Origin: Azolla caroliniana
Taxonomy: Eukaryota; Plantae; Polypodiophyta
Assembly: GCA_043228905.1 (NCBI GenBank)
Contig: JBHGNT010000011.1
Span: forward strand, 10,788,001 to 10,852,000
Length of the DNA: 64,000 nt
Direction of reading: 5' to 3'
Shown here: piece after piece, positions 21,385-34,684 of the stretch
Position numbering within the stretch: the first letter of the stretch is position 1
Layout: every line of letters begins with the position of its first letter
The notes under the pieces: model-generated
The model's database searches: none
Told to the model about the DNA's origin: nothing
The model's input: the letters and a program-made list of their open reading frames with translations, nothing else
Program-made: the position numbers and the translations under genes

Positions 21385-24300
21385 ATGGTTGGTGAGAATG
21401 GAAGCCAAATAGTCATAGAAAAGCTGGATAAAAACAATTTCCCGGCGTGGAAATTCAGAATGACAAATTTCCTGATGGGAAAAGGATATTGGGATTACAT
21501 TGAAGTAGACCTAGAAGAGGCTCTAGAGATCCCAGAAGAAAATGCAACTACTGCACAGATTAAAGCATTTAAGGAATGGAATCAAGGGGCAAGAAAGGTA
21601 TTGCATTGGCTCTCACTTAGCATCTCAAATTCGATGCTTGGACACATATAGGATGCTATGCTTCCAAAAGAAGCTTGGGATAGTTTGGTAAAATTGTTTG
21701 CAGTGAAGACAAAGGCTAGAAAGCTTCAGTTGAAGACTGAGCTAAATACCTTGGAAAAAGGTAAGATGTCAGTGAATGAGTATGCTCTGAAAATAAAGAG
21801 CATTTGTGAATCACTTGCTTCTATCAATGTGAAGGTAGAAGATGATGATAAGGTGGAAATATGCTTAAGAAGCTTAGGAACTCAATATAAAAGCTTCAAA
21901 ACATCTATTCTCACAAGGGATAGCATCCCAAGTTTTCTAGATCTGGTTTCAATGCTTATAGTGGAAGAAAGAAATTAGATGGATAATGTAAACAAAGGAA
22001 ACTCTGAGACTGAGGGGCAAGCCCTCTACAATAGTGCTGGAAGAGGCCGAGGAAGAGGCCATGGAAGATTTGGTTCAGCTAGAACCAACAACAATCGTTA
22101 TCAAGGAAGAGGACAACAGGTTACAAGTGGAAGAAACAACATCAGAGGCAGGGGGAGCAATCGATGAAGAGGTAAGCAAACTTATTTGAATGATGATCTG
22201 GTTGTTGGTATTGTGGAAAACCAGGCCATACACAGTCTGAGTGTTATAAAAAGAAAAATGATGAAAAAAGAGGGAAGAGACAGCAAAATAATTATGCCTC
22301 AACTAGTGAAGATTGTGATAAAGATGGTGCATTTGTGGTGCAACATGAAAGCAATGGCTGAATGTTCACAGAGATGTAGTGAAGAGTTTATGTGGTATGT
22401 ATATTCTGGGGCATCTAATCATATGACAGGACATGCAAATTGGTTTGAAAGTTTAAGAGAACTAGAGATTCCTGGTTATGTACAGACAAGTGATAATACT
22501 ACTCACCAAATAGAGCATGTTGGAGATATCCCATTGTGGGAAGAAAAAGGAAAAACAAAATATATGTTGAATATTATGCATGTGCCAAACCTTGCAAAAA
22601 ATCTGATTTCTGTTGGACAAATAGTGGAGCAAGGAATGCAAGTTAAGTTTAAGCAAAGTGGATGCTTTATAGAGAAACAAGGAAAACTTATTGCAAAAGG
22701 AAAATGACAAGGAAGGATGTTTGTGTTAGATGTGGATATGCCTAAAAAGATTACAACCATGTTTGCAGAAGGAATGAGTGTAATCTTAGATGTGGAAATG
22801 TGGCATAAAAGAATCAGTCACATAAGTATGCAAACCTTGAAAAATATGTTGAGGAAAAATGCAGTGGCTAGACTGCCTAAGTTGAAACATTGTTAGATGA
22901 GCAAAATATGTGAAGCATGCCAATATGGAAAGCAAAACAGGTTACCTTTCCCTCATGAAAGACATGTAAGCAAAAAATTGTTGGATTTGGTACATACAAA
23001 TGTATGGGGACCAACAAAAAATGCATCAATTAGTGGATGTAAGTTTTATGTAACATTTATTGATGATTGCTCAAGGAAAACATGGGTTTATTTCATGAAA
23101 GAAAAAAGTGAAGTATTTGACGGTTTCCGTAAGTTTAAATGCATGCTAGAAAAGCAGGCTGGAACTAGAATAAAATGCTTAAGATTTGATGGAGGAGAGT
23201 ACTTCTCAAATGAATTTTCTGATTTTCTATGCAATTAAGGAATAAGGAGACAATTTACATGTAGATATACTCCACAGCAAAATGGAGTTGCTGAGAGGAA
23301 AACAAGAACTTTGGTGAACATAGCAAGGGCTTTAATGACAAAAAAATATATGTCATTGTATTACTGGGCAGAAGCTGTAAACATAACAAATTATATTCTA
23401 AATAGATGTATAACATCTAGAGTGCATGAAGTAAGTCCTGAAGAATGTTTCTATGGTAGGAAGCTTAGTTTAGAACACTTAGAAGTGTTTGGATGCCTTG
23501 CTTATGTTCATGTACCTTCTGAAGTGAGAAGTAAGTTTGATCCAAAAGCTGAAAAATGTATTTTTGTTGGATATTCAAAGGAGCAAAAAGGGTATAGATG
23601 CTATAACCCTTTGACAAAAAAGATTGTGGTAAGTCGAGATGTAATATTTGATGAGTTGGGCAGTTGGTACAGCCCAAAACAAAATGTAGAAACTGATGAA
23701 GACAATGAAAATGAAGATAGGGATAAATCTGAAAAAGTAAGAGATAACCACAGAGATGGAAACAATGTTGGACAACAAAGTTCCACATCAATGGAATGTA
23801 TTGGACCATCGAGAAGCTCAGGTAGTAAATCGGAATCTAATGCTTGGAGTGGAAAAAATGCAAGACACAAAAAATATGATGATAAAAAGGGAAAACAAAA
23901 GATGCCAGAATATGAAATGCTTGATGATGTGTCTAGAAACATGGAAGATGTAGATTCAGATACGTCATTGGATGATGAGCTTGGTATAGAAGCCTTGAAA
24001 ATCCTTGGTATGGAAAAAACAATGAAGGATGCAAATCAGAAACTGAGAAGATCAAATAGAGAGAAAAAGATTGTTGAAAGATTTGGTTATGATACATATA
24101 TGGCCATGCATTATGCATACATGTCTAAAGTGGTACAAATCCCTGATCCAAATAGTTTTGATGAAGCAAAATCTGATAAGAAATGGGTGAATGCAATGCA
24201 AGAAGAAATAGATGCATTGGTTGAAAACAGAACATGGGATTTGGTGAAGTTACCGAAAAAAAAAAATGTTGTAGGTTGCAAATGGGTCTACAAAACAAAG

Positions 24301-26051
24301 CATGATTCAAATGGAAATGTTAGTAGACATAAAGCAAGACTTGTTGCAAAGGGATATGCCTAGATGCAAGGAATTGATTATGATGAAACATTTGCATCGG
24401 TTGCAAAGATGGCAACATTGAGGACACTACTTGCTATGAGTGCAGCCAAACGATGGGTTCTACACCATATGGATGTAAAAAATACTTTTTTACATGGTAA
24501 CTTGGAAGAAGAAGTGTACATGTGTCAACCACCAGGTTTTGAAGATAAGAAGCATCCACAATATGTATGTAGGCTGAAAAAGGCTCTCTATGGATTGAAA
24601 CAAGCACCTAGGGCATGGCATAAAGAACTTTCAGAATCTCTGAAAAAAATTGCTTTCAAAATGTCAAAGGCTGATCCATCATTATATGTAAAGAAGATAA
24701 ATTATTGCATTGTTGTTATCCTGATTTATGTTGATGATTTAATCATTGGAGGTGATTCCATGAATGAAATAAGCAAGCTAGAAAAAATTCTTGAAATGCA
24801 ATTTCATATGAAGGATTTGGGAGAGCTGAGATACTTTCTTGGCATTGAGATGATCAGATCTGAAAGTGGTATATATATGTTGCAAAAACAGTATGCAACA
24901 ACTATGTTGAAGAAGTATGGTATGCTTGGATGCAAACCTATCGGTATACCACTAGATAAGAACTGCAAATTGAGGGCTGATTTGGGAGCCAAAATAGAAT
25001 ATGTAAACACGTACATGTCTATGGTGGGTAGCCTCATATATTTGACCATAACAAGACCTAATTTGAGTTATGTTGTTGGATCAGTCAGCCAGTTTATGCA
25101 ACAACCAACAAAGCCACATTTGGACTGCATTAGAAGAATTTTGACGTATGTAAAAGCTACTCAAAATTATGGATTGTTTTACGGGGATGATCTGGACATA
25201 AATCTGGAAGGATATACAGATGTTGATTGGGCTGGATGCCAAACTGACAGAAGATCCACAAGTGGATATATGTTTACATTGGGAAGTGCAACTATTTCAT
25301 GGAGTAGCAAGAAACAAGCTATTGTTGCATTATCAAGTACTGAAGCTGAATATAGAGGAGCTGCAATAGCCATTTGTGAAGAGGTATGGATCAAAAGATT
25401 GCTTTCTGATTTAGGAGAATATATAGATAGTGTTGTCACAATTTGGTGTCACAATATGAGCAGTGTTCAATTGGCAAAAAACCTAGTGTTCCATGCAAGA
25501 ACAAAGCACATTGAAGTGCATTATCACTTTGTTAGAGAAAAAGTGATCGATGGAGAAGTGGATCTGTTGTATGTAAGTACAAATCAGCAAGTTGCTGATA
25601 TTCTTACGAAGGGATTGAGCATGGAAAAACATACACAGTTTAGAGACATGATGGGAGTTATAACCATCGCCATGGTAGCTGAAAAGCATGAAGAAAAGAA
25701 GATTGAAGATGATTCCAAGAAAGGATAAGTTGAGCTTGAGGGGGAGTGTTGAGAAGCAAGCTCAACAAAGGTATGTGATGCTTATTGAGAAATAAGCTAT
25801 AGTAGTTATTAGCTAATTAGCTACTAGTGGACATAAAGGTGAAACATCTATTTAGCTACTAGCAGCTATTTAGCTACTGGCAGCTAATTAGCTGCATATA
25901 TAAGTCACTTATGTACTTAGGTAAAAAGTAAGTGTAGTAAGTAGAAGAGTAACAAGAGTGAGAGTAGAGGAGAGAAGTAAGAATAGAAAACAGACGAGAG
26001 CAAGTTGAGCTTTGTGTGTAATGGAATAGAAGCTTTTTGGTTTGCCACACA
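21385..26051 (+). mobile_element. Ty1/copia gag-pol (pseudogenised, mostly in-frame stops) with PPT and 3' LTR from 25747; no 5' LTR or PBS found
   Basis: IEKLDKNNFPAWKFRM gag, YSGASNHMTG protease, CEACQYGKQ, integrase, IYVDDLII RT, ARTKHIEVHYHFVREKV RNase H; junction gagggggag|tgttgag. The LTR 3' end is approximate. Confidence 0.9.
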
Positions 26052-26099
26052 GAGGTAAGTCTCCTTCCCCTTCTTTTCTATCTTGAGCACTAAATGATC

Positions 26100-26711
26100 T
26101 AGCACATCATGATCCATTGTGCACACAGAAGAGTCGTAGTGCCTTTGTAACAAATCGGACGAGTCGAGGAGCAATGAAGGGGTCATGGGACGAAGGAACG
26201 GACCAAACGTGGAGCGCGAGCTAGGTGAGAGGATGCCAAGAGGAGTCGGTTGGAAGGACTGGCTAAATCTAACATGACGGATCGACCTCAAGTTGAGCTT
26301 GAGGGGGAGTGCTGAGCGAGCAAGTTCAACATGGGCTGGACCGGTTGGATAAGCAGGTTGGTCAGACCCGGAAAGAGGATCAACTCCAGTTGGCTAGGCC
26401 CTCTTTCCGGGTCGGATGCCGGATACCGGTTCTGGATTACGAAATCGGATGTCGGATCCGGATGATGGAACATCACACTTGGTGACATGTCCTATTCTAT
26501 TAAATAGGTCCAACGTATGAAATTAGTGTTAGATTCTCTTTTAAGAGCATTGAAGTACATATCAGTACTTCTTAATGGCCCTGACAGATGGGCTTGTATA
26601 TATCAAGTGCACAGAAGCATTATGTAAAATTTTGAGCATCTTTCTGTAATAGAATTTGTGTTGTCTACTCTCACTCAGTCTCACTCTCTCTTGTACTCTT
26701 TGTTCTGTGCA
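26100..26711 (+). mobile_element. 3' fragment of another copia (pol-extension remnant, PPT, LTR from 26310), related to the 60424-64000 family
   Basis: gttgagcttgagggggag|tgctgag junction; LTR motif gagcattgaagtac..tcagtacttc shared with 52063 and 60424-60822; upstream ggagcgcgag...gccaagagga shared with 60850-60910 (reverse strand). Confidence 0.7.
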
Positions 26712-29344
26712 GTGCAACATGGGAACAATTTGTTCTTGAATTATCCAATTCATTCTTTCTGAAATTCCATTTTCCTCCGGACTATATAAGGCCGTAAAAT
26801 ACCATCTAATGCCACGTTGTCTGCAGAATTTGACGAATTCGTCTGATCGTTATTCTCCACCATTGTCAAACCGAAGAAATTTTAACTTTTAGTTGGTTTG
26901 ATTCTCTATCATCGTGAGCCATTCCATGAAGATCATGAACACATGATTTTTGGTTTTGGCTAGGTACACACCTTCCGAGTCACGTCGTCGATAAATGTAA
27001 CGAAGTATGACGCACCGTTGAGGGACTAATGTGGCATCGGGCCACAAACGTCCGAATGGACTACGTTGAGTGGATTTTACTCTCTTGTCTCGTTCATACT
27101 AGCAATGCTCGCAAAAGTAATGGTCTAAGAAGGAGAGCTTAGGGATATGGTCGACCCTAAATAGATGTATGATGCTGGCACCAACCTTGCTCAGATAGCT
27201 AAGTTGTCCATGCCATAGGGGCAACACCTGAATATCGACTGTCTCTAAGCGTGATGTATAATGGGTACAAGGAATGTACCTTCTGCCCTTAACCAAGCTG
27301 GAGGTTCCCTCTGTGGAGTGTCCACCCTCCTGAAGAGAAGTCGGCACAGATGCCATCTTCATCGATTTATCCCACCGAGATTAGCGGCCCTATTAGTTCT
27401 AGGACGTGTGCAAAATAGAACCACCCGGTAGGTTAAGTTCTATTGTCCTAATTCCGATTATGGCACACTATTGAGAGTTTCTGACTCGAACTGAGTCGGA
27501 ATGCGGAGCCGAATACTACCAAAATTGAGATCGGCGAGGTGTCACATGATATGATGCACCCGAATCGAGAAGCCAGTTAGGGGCTTCTTCGACCGTATAC
27601 AAAACTCCTTATTCAACCGTATTCTCGATAACCAAAAGGTTCGAGTTGTCAAACAGAATGTCAACTGAGCAGCTGATAAAGTTTTTAGCTCCTCTTACTG
27701 GCTGCCCTTTTGCCCTGATCTCTGAGTTTTTTTGTTCTTGGCTTTTAGGGCATGCCATTCGGCTTTGATATGTCCAGGCTTCTTGCAGTAATTGTTCGTT
27801 CGGGTATCCCTGGACTTGCTTCGGCCTCTCGCATTGGTCGGTTGTCAGCAAGAACTTCTTCCTCAACTTTTCGGTTAGTCGGCCGAACTTTGCACCATGA
27901 AAGTATCATGTACTGACTCATGCGTGAATGTTTTTCTCTAAGCGTCTTCAGACAAGATGGATCTCGTTTTCTCAGAGTATTTGACGACCGTAGCTGATGC
28001 ATTACACATAGTTGTGACGAAAGTTTCCTATGATGGGGGGAGATGCTCATCAACAGCAGAGCTTTTAGCTCATCATCAATAATCATCCCCTATGCCGAAA
28101 TTTGGGAATTGATGCTTTTGTATTTGTTGAAATGTGCCTGAACCGAATAAGATTCTTTCATTCGAAGATTGTATAAGATAAATCTTTGTGACCGCCACAT
28201 TCTTTTTGTATGTGTCCAACAACATTTTCCATAATTCGTAGGTTTTTGGATAGGATTGCATCGTATAGTAAACTTATTTAGGTAGATGCATCTGAATTGT
28301 GGCACAAGTTATACCATCTAACTTCATCCACTCATTCGGTTTATATTCTTCTGGACAATTTTTATTCTCAATTGGGTCAATTTGACCCTTCACGATCAGG
28401 TAGCCATGCATTTGTTCCTTCTAGAAATTGAAGTTCATGTTGTCAAACTTCCTGAGACTCATCTTTGATAAGCTGGATGTGGAGGCCATTTTTGATAGAA
28501 GTCGACTAGTCGAAAGTTCTACTCGGAGAGGCTACGATAAGGGGAAGGGTACAACGGGTTGGTTTACCCAAAGTATGATCTAGTGAAATAGAACACAAGC
28601 TGAGTCGACTGATTCAATGTTTTGCTCGGGGTGACTACAGTCGAAAACATAGGTACAACTGACTGGTTTACCTAAAGTGTGGAAATCTAATCTTGTAAGA
28701 GGAAGAAGCACTCACCAAGGTTTGTGCCCAATTCAACTAAGCCCAACTAGGCCAAGGTTTACATAGCTGAATTGGGCACAAACCTTGGCGAATGCTTCTT
28801 CCTCTTACAAGATTAGATTTGTAGATGCCCAACAAAAGATTTCAATTAGATTGAAAATCTTGTAGATTCCTATTCAAAATAGCTAGCAAGTTGAAGTCTT
28901 CATTAGTCGAATCAAAGTTGTTGATGATGGCAACAAGTGAGCTTCAACAACAGAAAGAATCGAGCTCTGATACCAATTGTTGGACGTGAGGTTGTCAAGG
29001 TAAGGATGCAACACCAATAGTATGTATATCAATTGACTAACAAGGTGAAAGATTAAGATAGATTGAACAGACTTGACCAAACATAAAGTGCAAGAGATTA
29101 ACAACAAATGATGGAGAGAGAGAGAGAGAGGGAGGGAGGCAGGGAGGGAAAAGCGAGAGGCACACAAAATACAACTATATTATTCAAATAGCAACAACAA
29201 CATCAACTTTAAACTAGGTTACAAGTCGATTATATACTAACCAAACTAGGGCAAACTGCCCTTTATGCTATTTACATCAATAGCATATTCTAGTTTGTCC
29301 AATGGGGCAATGTGAATACGTCCATTATATTACCGTATTTGACA
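26712..29344 (-). mobile_element. Degenerate Ty1/copia 5' half (LTR about 28978-29344, PBS, gag, protease, integrase)
   Basis: PBS reads gctctgatacca on + at 28964-28975 next to the LTR end. Minus-strand DDELKALLLMS gag and SPEENGISERMNWIIQE integrase remnants. Confidence 0.75.
28683..28820. repeat. Inverted repeat with 57-bp arms and a 24-nt loop
   Basis: 28683-28739 pairs with 28764-28820 with about 3 mismatches. Confidence 0.9.
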
Positions 29345-30438
29345 GTTCTATGATATTTCCATGCTCCTACACCTGCTCCATTATGCGCAAAACCTACTCT
29401 GGTACCAGATATTACAACAAACAGTTAAGCAAGCATGAAATATTTAAGAGGGGTACTCCAGAAAATGAGAAAAGGGTATATTATAATATTAGAGGAAGTA
29501 TTACATGGGGGATATTCCCCTAATTTCTAAAAATAGCCTCCCCTCCTTTGTGCACACATGGCATTTAAATAACAATCCACTCAACTAGTGGGCCCTCTAA
29601 CATCTCTAACTACTCCAAATAACTCTTCCCTTAATTTCTCTAATCCTAACTAGTCCATTACACTAGCCAAGTAGAAATTGTTTCATTGCTTCTTTATTTA
29701 TTTTCTATTCTAGCACCTCTAGACCCAAAATAATAAGTGAATCTTTAAGTAGCATTATTCTTCGATTAATGCCTTATTTTAGGTGGAAGAGATGTGCTAC
29801 TATATCAATGCCTAAAATTTAGGCCATAATTTGTCGTGCAAAAAAGTCCAACAAGTTGTTTGTATGATTGAGACAATGCATCTATGCTCATTAATGTGGA
29901 ATGTGAACCACAAACATGGATGCATTCGAGTAAGCAAGAAATGTGTATGATTGTGCATGTGCATGCATGACTACTCATTATATAATTAACTTGAGGATTT
30001 TATTCAATTAAGAATGTTAATAAAAGCGTAAGTATTTCAAACAATCAAATGAAAGTTCGATTAACAATCTAATGAAAAGATCTATTAATGATTTAATAAA
30101 ACATCATTGATGATCGAATCATTGATAAAATCAATTATCTTGATAATTATGATCATTAATAAGTTTGATTAAATATTATAAAATTGAAGCATTGATTGAT
30201 AATTTATTATAAAAACGATTGATAATAAAATTATCGATATTTATCCCAAGGATACAACCAATTGAATGCACTTGATGTCCAAATTCCTAATTTTGTTGCG
30301 TGCAGTTATATCTACTACCTAAAAGTAATATGCACTTCTACTTTTGTGAGGGCATGAATGATTTAGTAGACCTTTTTAAGTGTTGAGACTAAAATAAGTA
30401 ATAGGCTTTAATTATCCTTAATTCTTTATGTATAAGTT

Positions 30439-30507
30439 GGGTGTTTGGACTACCTAAAACTTAGGCTTTGGGTGCAAGAGATAGAGAGTTTGATTCTCTC
30501 AACAATC
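30439..30507 (+). pseudogene. Degenerate tRNA-Pro(UGG) relic
   Basis: gggtgtttggacta...gctttgggtgcaagag..gagagtttgattctctcaaca is colinear with the tRNA-Pro at 13150; the D arm and stems are broken. Confidence 0.6.
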
Positions 30508-32641
30508 GACAAGAGACCTTTTACTAGCAATGAAAATTACATTACCAACATGGAATACATTTATGTAACTAATGGAATGTGGTGAAAATGGGAGATTTTA
30601 ATAACCAAGTGTTTGTAGTCCAAAAATAGAAAGTTGTTTGAGAATCGCATAACTTATGCCTGAATCAAGCCCTTCTTTATCAACAATTTGTAGAGCAAGC
30701 ACAATGAATTATTGAAACTGAAACTTTAAAAAATAGACGAGTGCAAGCAAAATGGGAAAGGAGAAGGATGTTTACGTTGGGGTTCGTCCAAACCCACTTG
30801 AATTGGAGACCTCCAGTGTGTGAGACCAAGGGAATGTCCAACTACACCATCCAAACTTGTGTTGAAATTAATCCCTTCAGTCACTAATTGCGAAAAAATT
30901 GAATTATAGCATGAGATTGATTTCCCCTTTTGTTGTCTTGGATGTATCCTCAATAGCCTTGTCTAACAAAAATATTAGTGCATTTCGTACTTCCTTGAAG
31001 TGAAGTTATCGTAGTCAAACTTCTCACAAGAGAGAGAGGTACCCATTTGTTGATTCATCCTTTTGGCAATGATATCTTCTTTTGATCTTCTCAACAAATG
31101 AAATGTGTGATAGAGTGCCTCCATATATGAGCTATGGAGCCCACTACACTAGCAACAATCAGTTGCAACATGTATGAGTTAATTCTTCTTGAACAATGAT
31201 GACAACTAGAACACGCACAAAAAGTGAATGAGCTATGGTGATCAACCCTCATGTTTTGATATATAATGTCTTTCAACATACGTCCCAAAAGTTTTCTTAC
31301 ATGGGTGTTCTTCTTCATAACCACATCAAGGTAGGTGCTTGGGGACATACCACCATCTACTCTTTTGTACACGGGATGGGCGAGAGCGAGTGTCAATCAT
31401 CCTCGAGCTACTCCCTTGTAAACTATTTACAAAAGCAAGATCTAAACTCACTCTATAACGTAAGTACTTGCACAAGATTAATTAAAAAAGAATGCACAAA
31501 GTTTATAAAGTAAAACCACAGACATGCACGTATTCACATTCTTAGGGCTATATCCCCCATAATCGAGCAATTGACTTCATATTCCCTTGTAAAATAACAC
31601 GAACTCCAAACTGACTATATAATGTGGTTAATCAATCCTAATCCAAGGGTTTTCTAGTTACAAATCACGTATAAATATCAAACCATACATTAGAGTAATG
31701 GATAACATCTTATATATGCAATATGGATAAAAGCTTCAGGCCTCTCTTTCTCCTAGAAATGCTGCCATTAAACGAGCAATGTGGCACCATAAAATATAAA
31801 CACATTCAAGATGGGTAAAAAAGGCACCATTTATATTTCATGATAACAAGATAACCTTGGAAATATGAAGAAGCCATAGTGGGTTTCCAATGTAAACTGA
31901 AATGCTACAAACAAAAATCAAATTTCCATTGTATCCATTACAACCAAAAAATCATGAAGAAGACTTTAGTTTTGTAAAAGAAGTAGATACATATATCTGA
32001 TAATGGGTGTTGATTGAAGTGTGTGCACACATATGCTCTATCCATATCAAAGGCTACCCATAGAGGTTCAATTTAATATTAATGTATGGGAGAAATTTAA
32101 TTAGTTTTTTTGAATCAATGATATCAATCATATTACTCATCATAACCTCACAGATAGAGTTCTATGAAGAATTCATGCAAGTTGCGAGAGATGAAATGAG
32201 ACTTTGATATTAAGATCTACCAAAAGGTCAAAAATGACCAATGAGACCAACAACAGTCAAGCACTAATTCTATCCAAAATACAAATGAGATACCTCTGGG
32301 CGGAATAATAAAAAAAACTAGCCAATAGCAATAAACCATAAGCATTCAGGAACAAACCAGTATACATGCGAAGTTCCTCCATGCACCATGGTTCAAAGCT
32401 CAGAGGTAATGATTATCATCAGTTCATAACTTGCAATCAATATTTACAAAAAATACCTCCTTTTTTTGTTCAGTGATTTTTACCTTTGGTTTACTCTATA
32501 CATTAAACCCAAAAGGCTTTCTAAAATAAAATCTAGTCCTATTTTTTTTGAAGTCCCATATCCATCTGAATGTTCATTCTCATACTTGGTCATTCAGTAG
32601 GGTTTTCTTCTCTTTAGTAGTTGTAGCTAAGATGGATTTGA

Positions 32642-34597
32642 TTAAAATTGGCAAGAAATTCCAAGCCTTTGTCTAGAGACAGTATTCTGGCTGCATTTGG
32701 CCAGCAATGCCTCTTGCAGAAGCCCTTTGAAATGATCTAAGAAACAATTCCATTCTTTATCATTCATATCACCGAGTGAGAAAGTCGGAGGGGCACTCTT
32801 ATTACCTTTACCTATAGTCTCAGACGCTAATGCCTTATACCCACCTCGATAGTCCATATACATTTGCTTCCTGTTGTTGAAACTAATGCTTTTATATGAC
32901 CTGGCTGATCTTGGTGATGCTAAAACCTTGCAACCAGGGGATAGCCCATGTTTACGTCCTGTTCCCATTATAAATACATTTATCTCCTCTTGTTCAGAGA
33001 GCCAAGGAAATACTGATCTTATCCTAGGGCTATTCATAAGATGAGCTCTATTGTTGTTACCAGGAGAGTTAACCACATACTCTAACTTCTTCTCTAATCC
33101 ATCAAGTGATTCCCTACCTGATGATATAGCTGCAATATTTTCTTCATCGTTTGCTCCTATAATTGATGAAAATAACATGTCTTCGTCTTCATCCATCTCA
33201 AATTCAAACTGCTCATACAAACCGTCATCGATGATGCCATCTGAACAAACGAAAATGCCATTTTCCTCCTCGTAACTTACACTTTCAGTTGCGAATTCTC
33301 TGTCAACAAGGTCTTTAGCTTGCATACAGAGCAACTCAAGCTGGCTAGCACCCCCGATCCCATCTCGGCTCATCATTTCTCCAATATCCGATAGGCATAA
33401 ACCAGCCATGGCTCCTCGTTTAAGCACCGTTGTAGAGAGAACAAGTACCCTGAGACAAGCCTCTCTCAGTGTAGGTAGTTCTTTACGCAACATTTCGGCA
33501 TCTTTGTACTCATCTAATTGTTGAATATACGCAAGTTCCTCTTCCGAGAACGGTAATGATGACTGAGGCCAGTGTAACCATTCGAAATATGGATCTCCCA
33601 ATGATTCAGGAAGACATAGCCCATGATCTATAGGGATGAGATCCAGTGCTTCATTCACAGCACTTGAACAATTATCGACAGGTTTGGCCTTTCTCACAAG
33701 TATGTTCCCCGAATGCCTGTCAGTATTGAAAATCCTAATGTCAAGAATCCCAATCCTGTGAACTGCCAATACAGAGAAGCGAGAGCTTCCATGGTCGCTT
33801 GCATCAAAGTCATGAGACACAAATTGTTGACAAGACCCAATCTTTTCGACGGGCAACAGGGGCTTCTTATCCGAGCTCGAGGTACTCTTCGTGTGGAATA
33901 CGTGATGAGAAACCTTGACTAATGCAGTCGGAGGCACGCCAGAGAAATGCTTATGATCAAGAAGATATGCTGCAACCTCTCTTATCCCTGTTTCTCCAAT
34001 ACGCACGGGTCTACTAAGGCTAAGCTCACCCAAACTCTTTCCCACGAAACCTTTTGGATTGTTTGGTGCGAAGGCCTCTTCATCACTAGGTTTCACAATG
34101 GCAACATTCTCTCCTTTGGCATTTCTGAAGTAATAAGCACCCCCAAGACCCCCCGTTACAGAGAGGGGCTCTACTCCACACTCGATACCCTTTATAATCT
34201 GCTTTACTATACTCTTCATCTTCGGACAACAACTCAATCCACCAACAACCTCAAACAGCCGGCCTCTTTTACACGTTTCTACCTCTTTTGTAAGAAAATT
34301 ACATGGAGTTGACAGGCTTCTGAATAAGCCAGAAACTTGAAAATCATTCCTTCTTGCCTCCCCAAGATCACTGTCCACCACATTGTCACCTAATGCAGTA
34401 AAAGCACATTGCTTGGATTCAAGCTTCTTCCTGACCATATGAGCATTCTCGTGTTGATCAAGATCAATCCCTAGCACACTTCCAACATCTCGCTGTGAAA
34501 ACATATGCCAATTCTCAATATTGCGCTCAACCCCCTTAACCCCATCCGGTATCAGTAGGGGTAGCCGCATCCGAACTGAGCCATCACTCAGTGGCAT
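32642..34597 (-). CDS. PI4KG: Type II phosphatidylinositol 4-kinase gamma (PI4Kgamma5/6/7-like); intronless CDS
   Basis: 651-aa ORF with GGLGGAYYF, IVKPSDEEAFAPNNPKGF, REVAAYLLD, HRIGILDIRIFNTDRHSGNILV, IPIDHGLCLPE, FEWLHWPQ and the family C-terminus QRLGISCQF. Confidence 0.95.
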   Translation of the reverse strand: MPLSDGSVRMRLPLLIPDGVKGVERNIENWHMFSQRDVGSVLGIDLDQHENAHMVRKKLESKQCAFTALGDNVVDSDLGEARRNDFQVSGLFRSLSTPCNFLTKEVETCKRGRLFEVVGGLSCCPKMKSIVKQIIKGIECGVEPLSVTGGLGGAYYFRNAKGENVAIVKPSDEEAFAPNNPKGFVGKSLGELSLSRPVRIGETGIREVAAYLLDHKHFSGVPPTALVKVSHHVFHTKSTSSSDKKPLLPVEKIGSCQQFVSHDFDASDHGSSRFSVLAVHRIGILDIRIFNTDRHSGNILVRKAKPVDNCSSAVNEALDLIPIDHGLCLPESLGDPYFEWLHWPQSSLPFSEEELAYIQQLDEYKDAEMLRKELPTLREACLRVLVLSTTVLKRGAMAGLCLSDIGEMMSRDGIGGASQLELLCMQAKDLVDREFATESVSYEEENGIFVCSDGIIDDGLYEQFEFEMDEDEDMLFSSIIGANDEENIAAISSGRESLDGLEKKLEYVVNSPGNNNRAHLMNSPRIRSVFPWLSEQEEINVFIMGTGRKHGLSPGCKVLASPRSARSYKSISFNNRKQMYMDYRGGYKALASETIGKGNKSAPPTFSLGDMNDKEWNCFLDHFKGLLQEALLAKCSQNTVSRQRLGISCQF

Positions 34598-34684
34598 AGC
34601 TGTTTTACTAAGATTCAGCTAGCACCAAAAGCTCACAACTATAGCTAACAAACAATCTCTATCTATCCTTAGCGAGCTTTTCTT

